Origin: Myxococcales bacterium
Lineage (GTDB): Bacteria; Myxococcota_A; Polyangia; Polyangiales; DASUME01
Assembly: GCA_047601445.1 (NCBI GenBank)
Contig: JASGJH010000001.1
Span: 5,344,001 to 5,408,000 of the forward strand
Direction of reading: 5' to 3'
DNA length: 64,000 bases
A program made the position numbers and the translations under genes. This document shows positions 31,914 through 43,467 of the stretch, in pieces; positions within the stretch are counted from its first letter, which is position 1, and every line of letters starts with the position of its first letter. The notes below the pieces were generated by a model. It was given only the letters and a program-made list of their open reading frames with translations. It made no database searches and was not told the origin of the DNA.

Positions 31914-34900
31914 GGCGATCACGGCGGCCGAACGCGGGCACGTCCCCGCAACGCGTTCAGGGTGCCGCTGCGCATCCATGAGCTGAAGGATGCGCACGAT
32001 GTCCGGGTCGGCGGTGAGCATGCAGGTGCGAAAAGAGAGGTCGGGAAGGGAGGCCACTCGAGCGCACACCCAGCTCAGCGCAGCCTTGACAGCGTCCTGC
32101 GCGGCCTGAGCCGGACCCGCGGCGAGGCCGCACTCGAGCTGCACCCTGCGGATGAACGCGCCCTGCTCCACATGACCACCGCGAACGTGACTCGTAGCCG
32201 TGGCGATCGCGAGGCGCGCCTCCACAAGACGGCCCTGGCGCAGCTCGACCATGGCCTTCACCGCGAGGGCCGTGGCCTTCTGCCCGGGCGGCGCCCCCTC
32301 CGTTAGTAGTATCTCCGACGCAAGGGCGATCGCTCGATCGCAGTCGTCGGACAGAAGGCGCTCACGGGCGAGTCCGACCAGCGCAAAGACACGCAGCTGA
32401 ACAGCACCATGTTGCTCGAAAATGCGCAGCGCGGACTCGAGCAACCCGACCGCCTTACTGAGATTCCCGCGTTGCAACCACAACAGCCCTAGAGACTCCA
32501 AGCAAAGGCCGACATACGTTGGCATGTCCGCGCGCCGACTGAACTCCATCGCGTCGTTCCAGACCGATTCGCTCTCGTCGTAGGCACCGATATCGCACAA
32601 GACAACACCAAGCATCGCCGACGCGTCCGCGCGGTTCCAAGCGAGGCCTGTCCTCTCGGCGCACGCAACCTCTTCTCGCGCGGCGGTCAAAGCTCGGCCC
32701 AGATTCCCTTGGTAGAGAGCCACCACACTCTTGCCATAGAAGGCGAGCGCATCGGCGCGGTCGTGCCCGCTGAGGCCGCATGCCTCCAGACGCGCAGCGA
32801 GGCGCTCGGCGAGCTCGAGCTTTCCTGCTAGCACGCAGACCCCTGTCATGGATCCCAGGCAACCCACGGCCTCCTGGGCAGTGTGCTTCGCGATTGCGGT
32901 GCCTAGGACCGAGTTCGCGAGACCTTCGAGGTCTTCCAATCCTCGTTCCGAGCCAGCCGCTGCCCAGGCCATCGCGGCTCGCCACCAACCCACAGCTCCC
33001 GGCCGGAGCAGGCTGTGGGCGCGCTGGGCCCAATCGATCGACTTGACATAGTTAGCCAGCAAGTAGTTGGACTCCGCGACAAGGGCAGCGAGCTGACCTC
33101 CCAGCTCCCCCGTCGCGCCACAGGCGAAGGCCCGTTCACATAAGCTGATCGCGTCCGCCGTAGAGGACGCATCGAAGGCTCGTTCAGCCGCTTGCTTGTA
33201 CCAAGGTATGGCGCGCTCTGGCGCCCGCGCGCGCTCGAAGTGATCGGCGATGACAGCCGGCTCGCCGAGCCCCAACGTTTCCATAAAGGTAGCTGCTGCG
33301 TGATGATGATGCTGGCAGGCTGACTCGGACAACAGAGCATAGGCGGCCTCGCAGATCAGAGCGTGGCGAAACGCGTAGGCGCCCTCGTCCCCCGCATGAT
33401 GCCGGAACAGCACCTCTTGCTCGAGCAGACGCTCCAGGCATGGCGCGAACGCCGAGGACGACGCGAACGTCCCCAAGAGTGCGCGTAGCGCATCGAGTCG
33501 AAAACTCTCGCCAAGCACGCTGGCCGCACCGACCACCTCCTTGGCCGAGTGTCCCAGGGCATCGAGGCGAGACTGCACGACGCCGAGCACGCTGTCGGGG
33601 ATTCCGCCCTCGAAACCACGTTGGTGGGCGCTTCGCAGGAGCTCCTCGAGGAGGAACGGATTGCCGTCAGCACGCTCGAGCAGGTTCGTCCGCATCGCCT
33701 CATCGATCTCGGTGGGCGCACTCGCGTCGAGCAGCTCCGCGCACGCGCGCCTATCCAGGCGTGGCAGGCGAATTTCCGTGAACTCGCAGCGGGACCAAAG
33801 CGTAGGATGCTGTTCGCGAACCTCCGGACGCGCGAGGGCCAGCACGAAGAACGGCAGGTCCTCCATGCGCCTGATTGCTTTCTCGCACAACTGGATGCTC
33901 TTGAAATCGGACCAGTGGAGGTCCTCCATCACGAGCACGACGGGTGCAGCGCGACACTCGGCTTCGATCCAATCGAGCAGGCTGCCTTGAACGCGATCCG
34001 CCAGGACTTGAGGATCTCGGCGTGCAGCATCGAGTTGCGCGCTAGCCCCCTCGGGAAATGGGGCCGCGGTCAACTCGGCCAGGAACCACTCCACGGAGTC
34101 GACGCGTTCGGGCACCAGGATCCCCGTGAGCCTTCGTCGCAGCTTCGCGCGCTTCTGGGCCGGACTATCGGTCCCTTCGAGCTGCAGCAAGACACGAAGG
34201 GAGGACGCGATCGAAGCAAAGGGCGCCTCCCTCAGGAGGGCATCTCCCGCGGCGTGTAGCAACGTGAGGTCGGGATGAGACTGCCTGAAGGCCTCCACAC
34301 TCTCGAAGCGCAGACGCGACTTACCGGCACCAGCAGGGGCCGTCACGAGCACGGCTCGTCCGCGGCCTGCGTCTGCACAGGCGCGAAAGGACATGCTCAG
34401 CTGGGCGAGTTCGACGTTGCGGCCGACGAAGGGAGTGCGGCGCCCAAACAGGGTACGCGGCACCTCACCACCTCTGACCTCTTCCAGGAGGAGCGCGCGA
34501 TGATCGCGCTCGCCCAGCTTGAAACGCCCACCAAGGTACCCGGCGGTCGTCTCGCACAACGCCACGGTGCCGGGCTCGACCGAATCGATTATCTGCGAAG
34601 CCCGCTCGCAGACATCACCGTACGGCAAGCTGCCGTCGATGGAAGCGCGGCCCGTGCACAACGCCGCGGCCGCCTGGGGCCAGAGCTCACGCACGTGGAG
34701 GGCACATCTCGCAGCGACCAGCGCCTGCTCTGCGGGGGCAGCGTGGTTGTCGAAGATCAGCAGGCTCGTCCCGTTGACCAGGTCGATGCGGCGACCGCCG
34801 TGCGGATCGAACACCTGCGTGGGCTCGTCAGCGCTTCGAGCCTGACCGGGAACGCGAGTCACCGCCTCCATGTGTCCTGCGATCACCATGAGGCACATCA

Positions 34901-35949
34901 CGCGCTGCTGGCTGGACGTAGCAAGAGGGCGCGGGGAGCCACCCGTCGCGCCCGCTAGGGCGTCATGAACGCGGGGCTGTTGCCAGGGCACCACCGGCAG
35001 CGTGGCGGGCCCATTCGGGTGGTCGAGGTCGGCGAGGGCGTGCAGAACAGCCTCGTGCGTCGGCCGCGCCGCCGGATCCTTGGAGAGCATGGCGTGGATC
35101 AGAGACGCCAACCTGCTCGACACCTGGGGCCGCAGCAGCGGGATCCGCACGAAGTCGTCGACACAAATCCTTGCCAGCGTGGCGATCATCGTCCCGCCGT
35201 CGAACGGGCGTGAGCCGGTCAGGCACTCATAGAGAACGCTCCCCAGGGAGAAGATGTCGGAGCTCGATTCGAGGTTCTGCAGTCCTCGCGCCTGTTCGGG
35301 AGACATGTAGAACGGCGTTCCCATGACCACACCGGCCTGCGTGATCGCAGCGTCGCCGGTGGAACGGGCCACACCAAAATCGAGGATCTTCGCCCGCTCG
35401 ACGCGGCCCGCCACCAGGAACAGGTTGGAGGGCTTGATGTCCTTGTGAACGATCCCAGCCCGGGCGATGAACTGCAGGCCCGCGATCGAGGCACGCGCAA
35501 CTTGAGCGACCTCGTCCGCAGAGAGGGGCCCGCGCACCAGCCGCTGCTGCAACGTCTCCCCCTCGAGCCACTCCATCGCAAGGTATGCGCCACTTGCGCA
35601 CCTTCCATGGGCCACGTAGCTCACGATGTGTTCGTGCTCGAGCTTCGCGAGGAGCAACGCTTCCCGCTCGAAGCGGAGCGCGCCTGCAGGCGCGCTCTCC
35701 GAACACACTTTCAGCGCCACTTCGCGCCCGTCGAGCTTGTCGCGGGCCCGAAAAACGCGGGCAAAAGCCCCGGCGCCCACCTCTGCCAGGATGTCGAATC
35801 GCTCGGTCGCGTCGCCCGCTGCAGCGGAACCTATCGAAGTCGGTGGGCCTCGCATGGTTCTTGAGTGCCCAGGGTAGCCTCGCGCGGCACGGCGGTCACC
35901 CCTCCACCCATGCGGCTGCGTGGGCACGGCTGGCCCAAACTGGCCAGCG

Positions 35950-36255
35950 CTATCCCCGCAGAACCACAGCCAGATAGAAGCCGACGCACAGCCCGATGAG
36001 GGCGGAAGCGACCAAGCCCACAGCCCACCATCGCGGAGGTTTGCCGCGACCCACTACGCCGCTGAGACCCGTGATCAGGAGCCAAGTACCCATCAGGAGC
36101 GGCGGAAAGCCGAAGATGAGCAACAGGCCGGACATGAACCTCGACCCCTCGGTGTCGAAGAGTCCAAAGAACACACTGACCGCACCGATGGCGATCCCAC
36201 GAACACCCGGGTACCGCCGGATGTCCAATCGATCTCGAAGACGCTCGAACACCAT
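35950..36255 (-). CDS. Small three-TM membrane protein
   Basis: Three hydrophobic segments; GGAGG upstream of ATG 36255. Confidence 0.5.
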   Translation of the reverse strand: MVFERLRDRLDIRRYPGVRGIAIGAVSVFFGLFDTEGSRFMSGLLLIFGFPPLLMGTWLLITGLSGVVGRGKPPRWWAVGLVASALIGLCVGFYLAVVLRG

Positions 36256-36369
36256 TCCTCCTGATCTTCGACTGACGTTTCGCATCACCCCGATCGACAG
36301 CGTCCCGCTCTCCGACACGCTCATCTAGCCGTTGACGCCCTCGACTACCTCGATCGACAGTACTCCACC

Positions 36370-36576
36370 ATGACCTGGATCCTCTTGTTTGGTGGAGCGT
36401 TCTCCTGCGCCGGCGCTGCCTTCGACTGGGACTTCTTCATGAACAGCCGGCGGGCTCGCTTCTTCGTGAACATGATGGGCCGCAAGGGTGCGCGCATCCT
36501 CTACGGCGTGCTCGGTCTGTTCCTCGTGACGATGGGGGCGCTGCAGCTGGCAGGAGTGTTGCCTTCGCACCGATGA
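36370..36576 (+). CDS. Immunity protein 17 (Imm17)-like membrane protein
   Basis: G.FS.AGA.FDWDFFM...RAR......GRKGARI.YG.LG pattern, two TMs, 68 aa. Confidence 0.75.
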   Translation: MTWILLFGGAFSCAGAAFDWDFFMNSRRARFFVNMMGRKGARILYGVLGLFLVTMGALQLAGVLPSHR

Positions 36577-36642
36577 GTGACTGGCGTCGGTAGTCCCGTG
36601 TGGGCCTGGCGCGAAGCCCGTGATGACGTACATCGCGAGCGC

Positions 36643-37920
36643 ATGCGTGTCCTGGTAGCCGCCCTCGTGCTCGTGCTCGCGTGGCCCGCGCTGGGCCGAG
36701 CCCACGGTGTACCGGCGGCGGTCACGGGCGTGATCGCGGAAGACGAGCAAGGTCCCTGGCTCGTGCGGCTCACCGAAGGTCTCGCGAGGCGTGGCGAGGC
36801 CGGCTGGGAGTTCGTGTGCCCTGCGCTGTTCGGTGGGTATGCCACGTTGCTCGCTGCGTCCGCGCGCAACGAATACGCCTTCGTGGTGGGTAGCGGAGGA
36901 AGCTATCGCCTGTATCGCGATGGCTTGCCCGAGCTGGTCAGCGCGACGCGCACGGCGTTCACGCTGCGTGCCGTGGGCGCGATGGGCGAGCGCATCGTGG
37001 CGCTCGAAGTGGCCGAGGTGGGCACGGCACTCGTGGACGTGGACAGCGCGCAAGGCCCGGACGCGGTCGTGCCGCTGTGGATGGACGAAAAGCGCTGGGA
37101 TGCCCTGGGCACGGACGGCAGCACGCTGTGGATCCTGCGCGTGGTGGGCTCGGTGCTCGAGGTGGCCACGCTCTCGAGTGACTTCGTGGAGCAAGGGAGA
37201 GTGCCGTACCCGCTCAGCGCGCCCGTGGTGTTGGCGGAAGTGCGGCCGAGTCCGGGCGCGCTCTATGCGCATGTGATGCGCACGGAGGCCGACGCGGATC
37301 TGGTCGAGCTCACGCCGAGTGGGGCTCGCCTGGTGGTACAGGCCTATGGGCCCATTCAAGGCCCCTTGAGTCGCCCGCAAGGTGCGCTTTGGATCTCCGC
37401 GGCCGGCGAACTACGAGCGATCGACGCACTGGAAGCCGTGCTGCCCGTATTCTCTCAGCCAGTGACGTGCCTCGAGCCCGGCCGCCTCGCACCGTACTTG
37501 TGCACCAGCCGCTACGTGCTGGGTCTGGACGCACTGGAGGAGCGCGATGCGCGCTTCGATCTGGGGCGCTTGCTCGAACCGAACGTGCAGCCCGTGGATT
37601 TGCAGCAGGCCAAGTGGTGTGTGGACCAATGGCAGACCTTCGAGCGCGACTTGCGCGATGCCCACTTGCGGACCGGCTTCGAGCTCGACGCGGGTGCACC
37701 GCGCGAACAGGACGCCGGGCTGCCCGACGCCTCCGCAGAGCCCATGCATCGACCCGAGAGCCCCTCCAGCTGCACCCTCGCACACGGAGCGCGCGCGAGC
37801 GGCGTGTGGAGTGGGCTGTTGCTCGGCTTGCTTGCCTGGGCGTTGCAGCGACGTCAGAGGTTGTTGGGCATGGCGGAGATCGCGCGCAGCCGACCGGTGG
37901 CGCCGCGCGGCGCGAGGTAG
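36643..37920 (+). CDS. Secreted surface protein with MYXO-CTERM-like tail
   Basis: Signal peptide ending GRA-HG; WEFVCP; C-terminal SSC-x-TM-RRQR. Confidence 0.7.
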   Translation: MRVLVAALVLVLAWPALGRAHGVPAAVTGVIAEDEQGPWLVRLTEGLARRGEAGWEFVCPALFGGYATLLAASARNEYAFVVGSGGSYRLYRDGLPELVSATRTAFTLRAVGAMGERIVALEVAEVGTALVDVDSAQGPDAVVPLWMDEKRWDALGTDGSTLWILRVVGSVLEVATLSSDFVEQGRVPYPLSAPVVLAEVRPSPGALYAHVMRTEADADLVELTPSGARLVVQAYGPIQGPLSRPQGALWISAAGELRAIDALEAVLPVFSQPVTCLEPGRLAPYLCTSRYVLGLDALEERDARFDLGRLLEPNVQPVDLQQAKWCVDQWQTFERDLRDAHLRTGFELDAGAPREQDAGLPDASAEPMHRPESPSSCTLAHGARASGVWSGLLLGLLAWALQRRQRLLGMAEIARSRPVAPRGAR

Positions 37921-39440
37921 AGCGGCAACGAGAACACGAACTGCCGGCCGCCACCCTCGTTGGTGAAGTCCAGCACGCCCTGCTTGAACTTGGCGTAGGA
38001 GTCGAGATTGCTGTCGTCGAGGGCGGTGACCACGCTCAGCTCATTCACGTCGGGCACCAGCGTGCCGAGCGTGGCGTGCGTGACCTCCGGGAACACGAAC
38101 GACGTGATGCCGGGCGGTATCACCACGGTCCACTCGAAGCTGGCCGTGCCGTTCCACCTGAAGGTCACGAACTGGGCGTCGGCATCGGTGAGCGGCGCGT
38201 CGTTGGCGTAGGTCCAGCTGACCTGGATGTGGCCGTCGACGTCGGTGACCTCGTAGTTGTCGAGGCGCTCGATGTCCTGGAGGTCCACGTTGCGCGAGAA
38301 CACCGGGTTCGCGTCGCTGCTGTGCGGCGTGGCCACGCGGTCAACCTGGTCGTAGAGGGCCATAGGGCCCGTGAAGCTCTCGAGATGGGCCACCACGTCG
38401 AGGCTTTCGGCAAAGTCCGAGTTGATGTGGAAGCGGCGCTGCCCGTCGAGGAAGATGTCGGGAGCCCCGTCGCTGTAGGCCTCCTCCTCTGCAACGAAGG
38501 AGATGCCGTCGCCGAGCATGCTCAAGCCCACGCTGCCGGAGTTGGTGTCCGCTGGCCAGTTCTGGATGCCCACCGAGTAGAACGTATCCGGCGACAACTG
38601 AAGGGGCGCAGACACCGGGCTGTCCATACCCGCCGCGGCCAGATGCTTGGCGAACAGGTACTGGACGAACTTGTTGCCGCCGTCGCGGCCGTACACGAGC
38701 ATCGGGTTGAAGAAGCGCATGGTGTCGGGAGTGACGTGGAGCGTCACGGGCTGGGATAGGTCGTCTGGGTCAAGGGTCCCCACGTTCACGTCCAGGCCGA
38801 AGTGCACTTCGAAGCGTGTGGCAGTCAGCTTCACGGTGTCGGGGAACTCCAGCGAGTAGGCGCGCTGATCGTCGGCAAAGTCGGTCATGTCGGGCACGCG
38901 CACCGTCAGCGCGTCGCTATTCTCGGTGCCGAGGTAGGTCACGAGGCGCACGAAGTTGCTGCGGGTAAGGGCACTATCGTCGATCACGGTGACCGCAGCG
39001 GGGGCGGTGGCGGCGAACACGTAGCCCTGGGCGCTGGTCGGATGGAGGGTGGCGTCGGTGGAACCGTCGGCGTTGTGGAAGGCCACGCTCAAGCCCGGCA
39101 CCGGCAGGCGCTCGGTGACGACGCGCAAGCTGAAGTTGCCGGCCGGCGTCGAGCCATCACCGGCATCGCTCGTGTCGCCCGCATCGTTCGAGTCGCCATC
39201 GCCGTCCCCGGGATTGCTCGCGTCCATGGGCTCGCTGCCCGAGTCCTCCGGCTGGCCTGCATCGCTCCCGGTGCCTGAGTCGTGCGGTACGGAGCCGTCC
39301 TCCATCGCGGCGTCACCGCCGATATCCCCGCCGCCGTCGAGCTCGGTCGAGCCCAGATCATCCTCGTCGTTGCCCGAGCAACCCGCAGCGATCATTGCGA
39401 ATCCCAGAAACAACCCTAGCTTCGAGCGCTGCACCTTCAT
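37854..39440 (-). CDS. Lipoprotein with acidic DAG/DGG linker and beta-rich domain
   Basis: Lipobox IAAGC; long DGG/DAG/DSG linker; VAFHNADG...T; W.VVIPPG.TSF.FP. Confidence 0.75.
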   Translation of the reverse strand: MKVQRSKLGLFLGFAMIAAGCSGNDEDDLGSTELDGGGDIGGDAAMEDGSVPHDSGTGSDAGQPEDSGSEPMDASNPGDGDGDSNDAGDTSDAGDGSTPAGNFSLRVVTERLPVPGLSVAFHNADGSTDATLHPTSAQGYVFAATAPAAVTVIDDSALTRSNFVRLVTYLGTENSDALTVRVPDMTDFADDQRAYSLEFPDTVKLTATRFEVHFGLDVNVGTLDPDDLSQPVTLHVTPDTMRFFNPMLVYGRDGGNKFVQYLFAKHLAAAGMDSPVSAPLQLSPDTFYSVGIQNWPADTNSGSVGLSMLGDGISFVAEEEAYSDGAPDIFLDGQRRFHINSDFAESLDVVAHLESFTGPMALYDQVDRVATPHSSDANPVFSRNVDLQDIERLDNYEVTDVDGHIQVSWTYANDAPLTDADAQFVTFRWNGTASFEWTVVIPPGITSFVFPEVTHATLGTLVPDVNELSVVTALDDSNLDSYAKFKQGVLDFTNEGGGRQFVFSLPLYLAPRGATGRLRAISAMPNNL

Positions 39441-39544
39441 GGTCCCCCTGCTTGCCGGGCGCGCCGCTACCTCGCGCGCCCGCGATTGCCGCCCCAGGTT
39501 ACGGAGCAAGGCGCGCATGTCTGCCCTGACGTGCTGACTTGGAG

Positions 39545-40885
39545 CTACGGACAGTGCGCTGGGTCGGTCACGGACCAGCTGGGGAGCTCCGTGCCGCTCA
39601 CTGCACGGACATCGAGCTCGGTGCCAAAACGCCACACATTCAGGGCTAGCTCATGCTGGTTTTCGAGGGCCTGTGCGATGGCCTCGGCGGTGGCTTCATC
39701 GTCGAAGCGCATGCGCCAGGAAACGGCGGTCTGTCCGGTGGGACCCGCGAAGATCTCCACGCGGTCCTGGCGCCACGCCAACGCGCGCTCCCACGAGAGC
39801 TCGCTCTCCACGAGTTGGTTCATCACGAGGTTGTGGCTCAGGAACCCGTACAACACGAAGGCCCCGAACACGTCGCTACGCACGCGCTCGTAACCCTCGG
39901 GTGTGGCGCCGTCGATGCACGCGAGCGGCAGGCTCAGGGGCTCCTCGCGTTCCTGGGCCGCGCGGTATCCCAACATCCACTGCAGGGTCGAGGCCGGGGT
40001 CGCGTCGTACAGCCGTGCCACTTCCGACACGCCACCCTCCAACCAGGCATCGGTCACGAACTGCGCGCCCACGCCGTAGCGCAGGAGCCAGCTGGCGTCG
40101 TAGGGAGAGTCGGCGAGCGCTACTGCGTCGCGGTTGTACTTGGTGCGCCGCTCGAACACGCGCTGGAAGTACTGGCGATCGACGGGGAGTCCGCGCAACA
40201 GCCCCCAGGAGAGCTCCTCGTAGAGCACGGCCTCGCCCTCGGTCAGGCACCCCATGGCCAGGCTCGCGTCGGTGGTTCCGGTGCGACCGCGGCGCGCCTC
40301 CGTGAGCCCAATCTCCTGATCTTGCAAAGCGTGCACGAACTCGTGGGCCAACGTGCGCTGCTTGTCGGGACTGTCTTGGGGCTCGCCGCGATCGACCAAG
40401 GTAATGCTACGCATGGACGAGTCGTAGTAGCCGCCTAAGAAGTCGACCTCATCCATGCTGGGTTCCGCGACTTGCAAGCCCAACATGGCCAACGCGCGGT
40501 TCCAGTGGTCCTCGAGCGAAGGCTCTGAAGGTGCACCGGCATCACCAGCGTCCGGGCCGGCGTCTTGGAGCACCTCGGGAAGCTCTTGCATGGAGTTCGC
40601 CATGGCCTCGGCGCGCAACTGGTCTTCGCTGGTGAGGCGCACGTTCGGCAGCTGGCCTTTGACCCCGCGTACGCAGCGCACGGCCTTGAACAGGCGCTCG
40701 CGACAGCTGGGCCGAAGGATGTCGCAGTCGTCGCCCTCGAGCTCGACGCACCACTTCGGGCAGGCGTCGCCGTCGCAAGCCTGAACCTCGGGCTGAGACG
40801 CGTCGCAGGCCGTCCATGACGTGAGAGCCAGACTGCCCACGGTCGTCAGGGCGAACATGCGTACCAAACGGCCGAGCGCGCTCAC
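39545..40885 (-). CDS. HExxH zinc metallopeptidase-like lipoprotein
   Basis: WTAC lipobox-like; GGYYD, TLAHEFVHALQDQ and downstream EGEA third ligand; GTGA overlap with the upstream gene. Confidence 0.8.
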   Translation of the reverse strand: MSALGRLVRMFALTTVGSLALTSWTACDASQPEVQACDGDACPKWCVELEGDDCDILRPSCRERLFKAVRCVRGVKGQLPNVRLTSEDQLRAEAMANSMQELPEVLQDAGPDAGDAGAPSEPSLEDHWNRALAMLGLQVAEPSMDEVDFLGGYYDSSMRSITLVDRGEPQDSPDKQRTLAHEFVHALQDQEIGLTEARRGRTGTTDASLAMGCLTEGEAVLYEELSWGLLRGLPVDRQYFQRVFERRTKYNRDAVALADSPYDASWLLRYGVGAQFVTDAWLEGGVSEVARLYDATPASTLQWMLGYRAAQEREEPLSLPLACIDGATPEGYERVRSDVFGAFVLYGFLSHNLVMNQLVESELSWERALAWRQDRVEIFAGPTGQTAVSWRMRFDDEATAEAIAQALENQHELALNVWRFGTELDVRAVSGTELPSWSVTDPAHCP

Positions 40886-41388
40886 TGGCAACCCTCCTCG
40901 TCGCTCCCATCGACGCAATGGACATAGTCGTCGCAGCGTGCTGTGGCGCGGACCCGCTGACCGTCGCGACAGCTGTAGTACTGACAAGCGCCGCCTTCGT
41001 CGGACCCATCGGCGCAGTCGGCGACGCCATCACAGCGCCAGAGAGAATCGATCTCGCGGCCGTCGCTGCAGCGGAAGAACTCTTCGCACTTCTCCAGGCA
41101 GCGGCTCAGCGACGCGGGATAGGGTGCGCCTTGATCGATCGCCGCATACTGGTCACAGGGAAGCCTCGAGAAACAGTCCACGTTGCATGCCCCACCGGGA
41201 CTTTCGCAGGGGTCGTTCCGGAAGACTCGATTGCATGACTGGATGGTCCGCACGTCGTCCTGACATGCCTGGTCGTCGGCACGGCATCCCGGGAGACAAC
41301 CGAACACGATCGACGCGGCCACGGCCGACACACGCGGGGAGAGAGCGCCTGACGACGGCATGGGCGGGTTCGTAGCAGAATCGCCCAT
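40882..41388 (-). CDS. Cys-rich lipoprotein with two LDL-receptor class A repeats
   Basis: FRCSDGREIDSLWRCDGVADCADGSDEGGAC and YSCRDGQRVRATARCDDYVHCVDGSDEEGC; LPGC lipobox-like. Confidence 0.85.
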   Translation of the reverse strand: MGDSATNPPMPSSGALSPRVSAVAASIVFGCLPGCRADDQACQDDVRTIQSCNRVFRNDPCESPGGACNVDCFSRLPCDQYAAIDQGAPYPASLSRCLEKCEEFFRCSDGREIDSLWRCDGVADCADGSDEGGACQYYSCRDGQRVRATARCDDYVHCVDGSDEEGCQ

Positions 41389-42297
41389 CTAGTGGCTTGC
41401 GCGCAACGCCTCGAGCGACACGCCAGGCAGCGAATACGGGGAGCGCTCGGGCGCCCGCACGTGCTCTTGGTCGTCGCGTGTAGAAATCACGATGGCGGTG
41501 ACCGCGGCACCGACCACCACGGCCGCCACCGCGGTGGCCCAGATCCAGCGCTTCTTGCGCTTGGACATGTCGTGCTGCACGGGGCTTGCGGGGTTCGGCG
41601 TGTGCACCAGGCTGGGGCTGAGCGAGCTCAACATCACCTGAATCACGATCTCTTCGCCGCCCTCCACGCGCAGCTCCCGCCGCTCGCTCAAGCGCTGTTG
41701 GGCGCGAAACTCGAACACGTGATCGCCCGGCGCGAGATAGAGCACGGTGCCCGAGGGGTCGATCACGTCGGATCCATCGAGACTCACCACCGCGGTGGCC
41801 GGACTCACCATCAAGCGCACCGCACCGACGCGTGCCTTGGCATCGAGTAGCAACTTCTCCACCCGCGCAGCGAGCGGCGGGTCCAGGGGCCGCACCTGGG
41901 AGCCGAGCGAAGCCGACAGGTACTTTACGGCCTTCACGTAGTTTCCGAGCTCGAACTCCACGTGGCCGAGCCCGCGCAACGAACGAGCGTTGGGGTAGAT
42001 GCGGTGGGCGCGCTCGAAATAGGCTCGCGCTTCGAGAAAGTCGCGGCGCCCGTGGGCCTGCACCGCGGCGTTGATGGCCAGGATGTAGTCCGGCGGGTTG
42101 GCTTCGACGGGTGGGCTCGACGGCTCGGGGATGGTCGATGCTTCGACGAGCTCGGGCGACTCGGTTCCGGATGCAGGCTGAAGGGATTGCGCCCGAACCA
42201 GGCCGCCCTCGAGCCATGTGCACGCGAGCAGCAGCCAGCCCGCGGCAAGCATTTTGACGGTTCGACGGTTTCTGAGGTGTATCAGAGGCCGCTCCAT
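41389..42297 (-). CDS. TPR + PEGA domain membrane protein
   Basis: Signal; EARAYFERAHRIYPNARSLRGLG..EFELG.Y (TPR); V.L.VSPA.A.V.LDG...LAPG.H (PEGA); KRWIW-TM near the C-terminus. Confidence 0.8.
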   Translation of the reverse strand: MERPLIHLRNRRTVKMLAAGWLLLACTWLEGGLVRAQSLQPASGTESPELVEASTIPEPSSPPVEANPPDYILAINAAVQAHGRRDFLEARAYFERAHRIYPNARSLRGLGHVEFELGNYVKAVKYLSASLGSQVRPLDPPLAARVEKLLLDAKARVGAVRLMVSPATAVVSLDGSDVIDPSGTVLYLAPGDHVFEFRAQQRLSERRELRVEGGEEIVIQVMLSSLSPSLVHTPNPASPVQHDMSKRKKRWIWATAVAAVVVGAAVTAIVISTRDDQEHVRAPERSPYSLPGVSLEALRASH

Positions 42298-42732
42298 GAG
42301 AGGTGGGAAGTTGCCCGGGAGCTCGCCCAGGTCTGCAGCAAGACTGGCGGCAAGTCCACCACCTGGTCCGCCAACCGGCCAGCGCCGGAACCTGAGTTAG
42401 CTCCTTCTATCCAACCGACGCCGAGGCGACCATGGTCAAATCCGCCGCGCTCGCTGGGAACGGGCCGACGCTGGCTGGCATGCGGAGGCATGGGCATTTC
42501 TTCCGGATGACTGGCGGCGCCGCGTGGTTCGTGTCAGCGGCGAGCGCTTCGCATGCGTGGAAGACTCGACGCGTAAGGTGCCGCAAGCGGCAGTAAGGTG
42601 AGGGCGCGCGATGCGGGCAGCACGAGCCTGCCGGTCAGCTCCCGGGTTCCTTCAGCCGCAACGGCCCGTGCGACTCGAGGACGAATTTACTATGGCAGAA
42701 TTGCCGCATTCCTGCTTTTGATACGCAGGTCC

Positions 42733-43428
42733 GTGGCTTCGAGTGCAGATCCACCCAGTCCGCAGAATTCTGCCGCGCAGCCGCAACCGCTGCGCACGTT
42801 ACTGACGCTCGCGGTCGGGGGAGATGCACTGGCCTGGCAAAAGCTTCAGGAGCGCATGTTGCCTTCCCTCGAACACTGGGCGCGATCTCACAAGGGGCTG
42901 CGGCGACGCAAGCTGCAACACTCCGTGGATGACCTGCGCGAGGTCGTGGTGCTCACGCTCGAGCGCCTGCGCGCGAATGAGTTCCGAAGCTTGAATACCT
43001 TTCTGGCGAGCCCCGACGCCGACTCCCCGACCGCGTTCGACGGCTGGCTCTACGGCGCCCTCGACTTTGCCGTGCGCGAGCATCTGCGAGCGCGCTTCGG
43101 CCGGATCCGTCAGGGCGGCGCGCCCGAGGAAAACCTGGGACCGAGCAAGCGCGACGTTAACACGCTCGCAACACGGTACGACGACGACGCGGCGGCGGCT
43201 GCGGGCAAGATGGGCCTCACGCTGACCATCACGCTTCAGGAAATTCTCAGCTACGCGGACGCGCGTTTCTCGAGTACAGAAGCGGAGGCCCTGCGAGCGT
43301 ATATCGAGCAGGGCGCAAGTTACGAGCAGCTCTCCGAGCGCCTTGCGCTGGAGTCTCCGCTCGAAGCGGAGCGCTTGATTCGCAAGCTCAAAGAGCGCCT
43401 GCGGACTCACTTCGGATCGCTCGAGTAA
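42733..43428 (+). CDS. Divergent ECF-like sigma factor
   Basis: AVGGDALAWQKL, F.GWLYGALDFAVREHLR (region 2-like); EAEALRAYIEQGASYEQLSERL (region 4-like); immediately upstream of a kinase. Confidence 0.6.
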   Translation: MASSADPPSPQNSAAQPQPLRTLLTLAVGGDALAWQKLQERMLPSLEHWARSHKGLRRRKLQHSVDDLREVVVLTLERLRANEFRSLNTFLASPDADSPTAFDGWLYGALDFAVREHLRARFGRIRQGGAPEENLGPSKRDVNTLATRYDDDAAAAAGKMGLTLTITLQEILSYADARFSSTEAEALRAYIEQGASYEQLSERLALESPLEAERLIRKLKERLRTHFGSLE

Positions 43429-43467
43429 GACTTAATCAGGACTCCCTCAACACGAGGTCAGCGTCGG

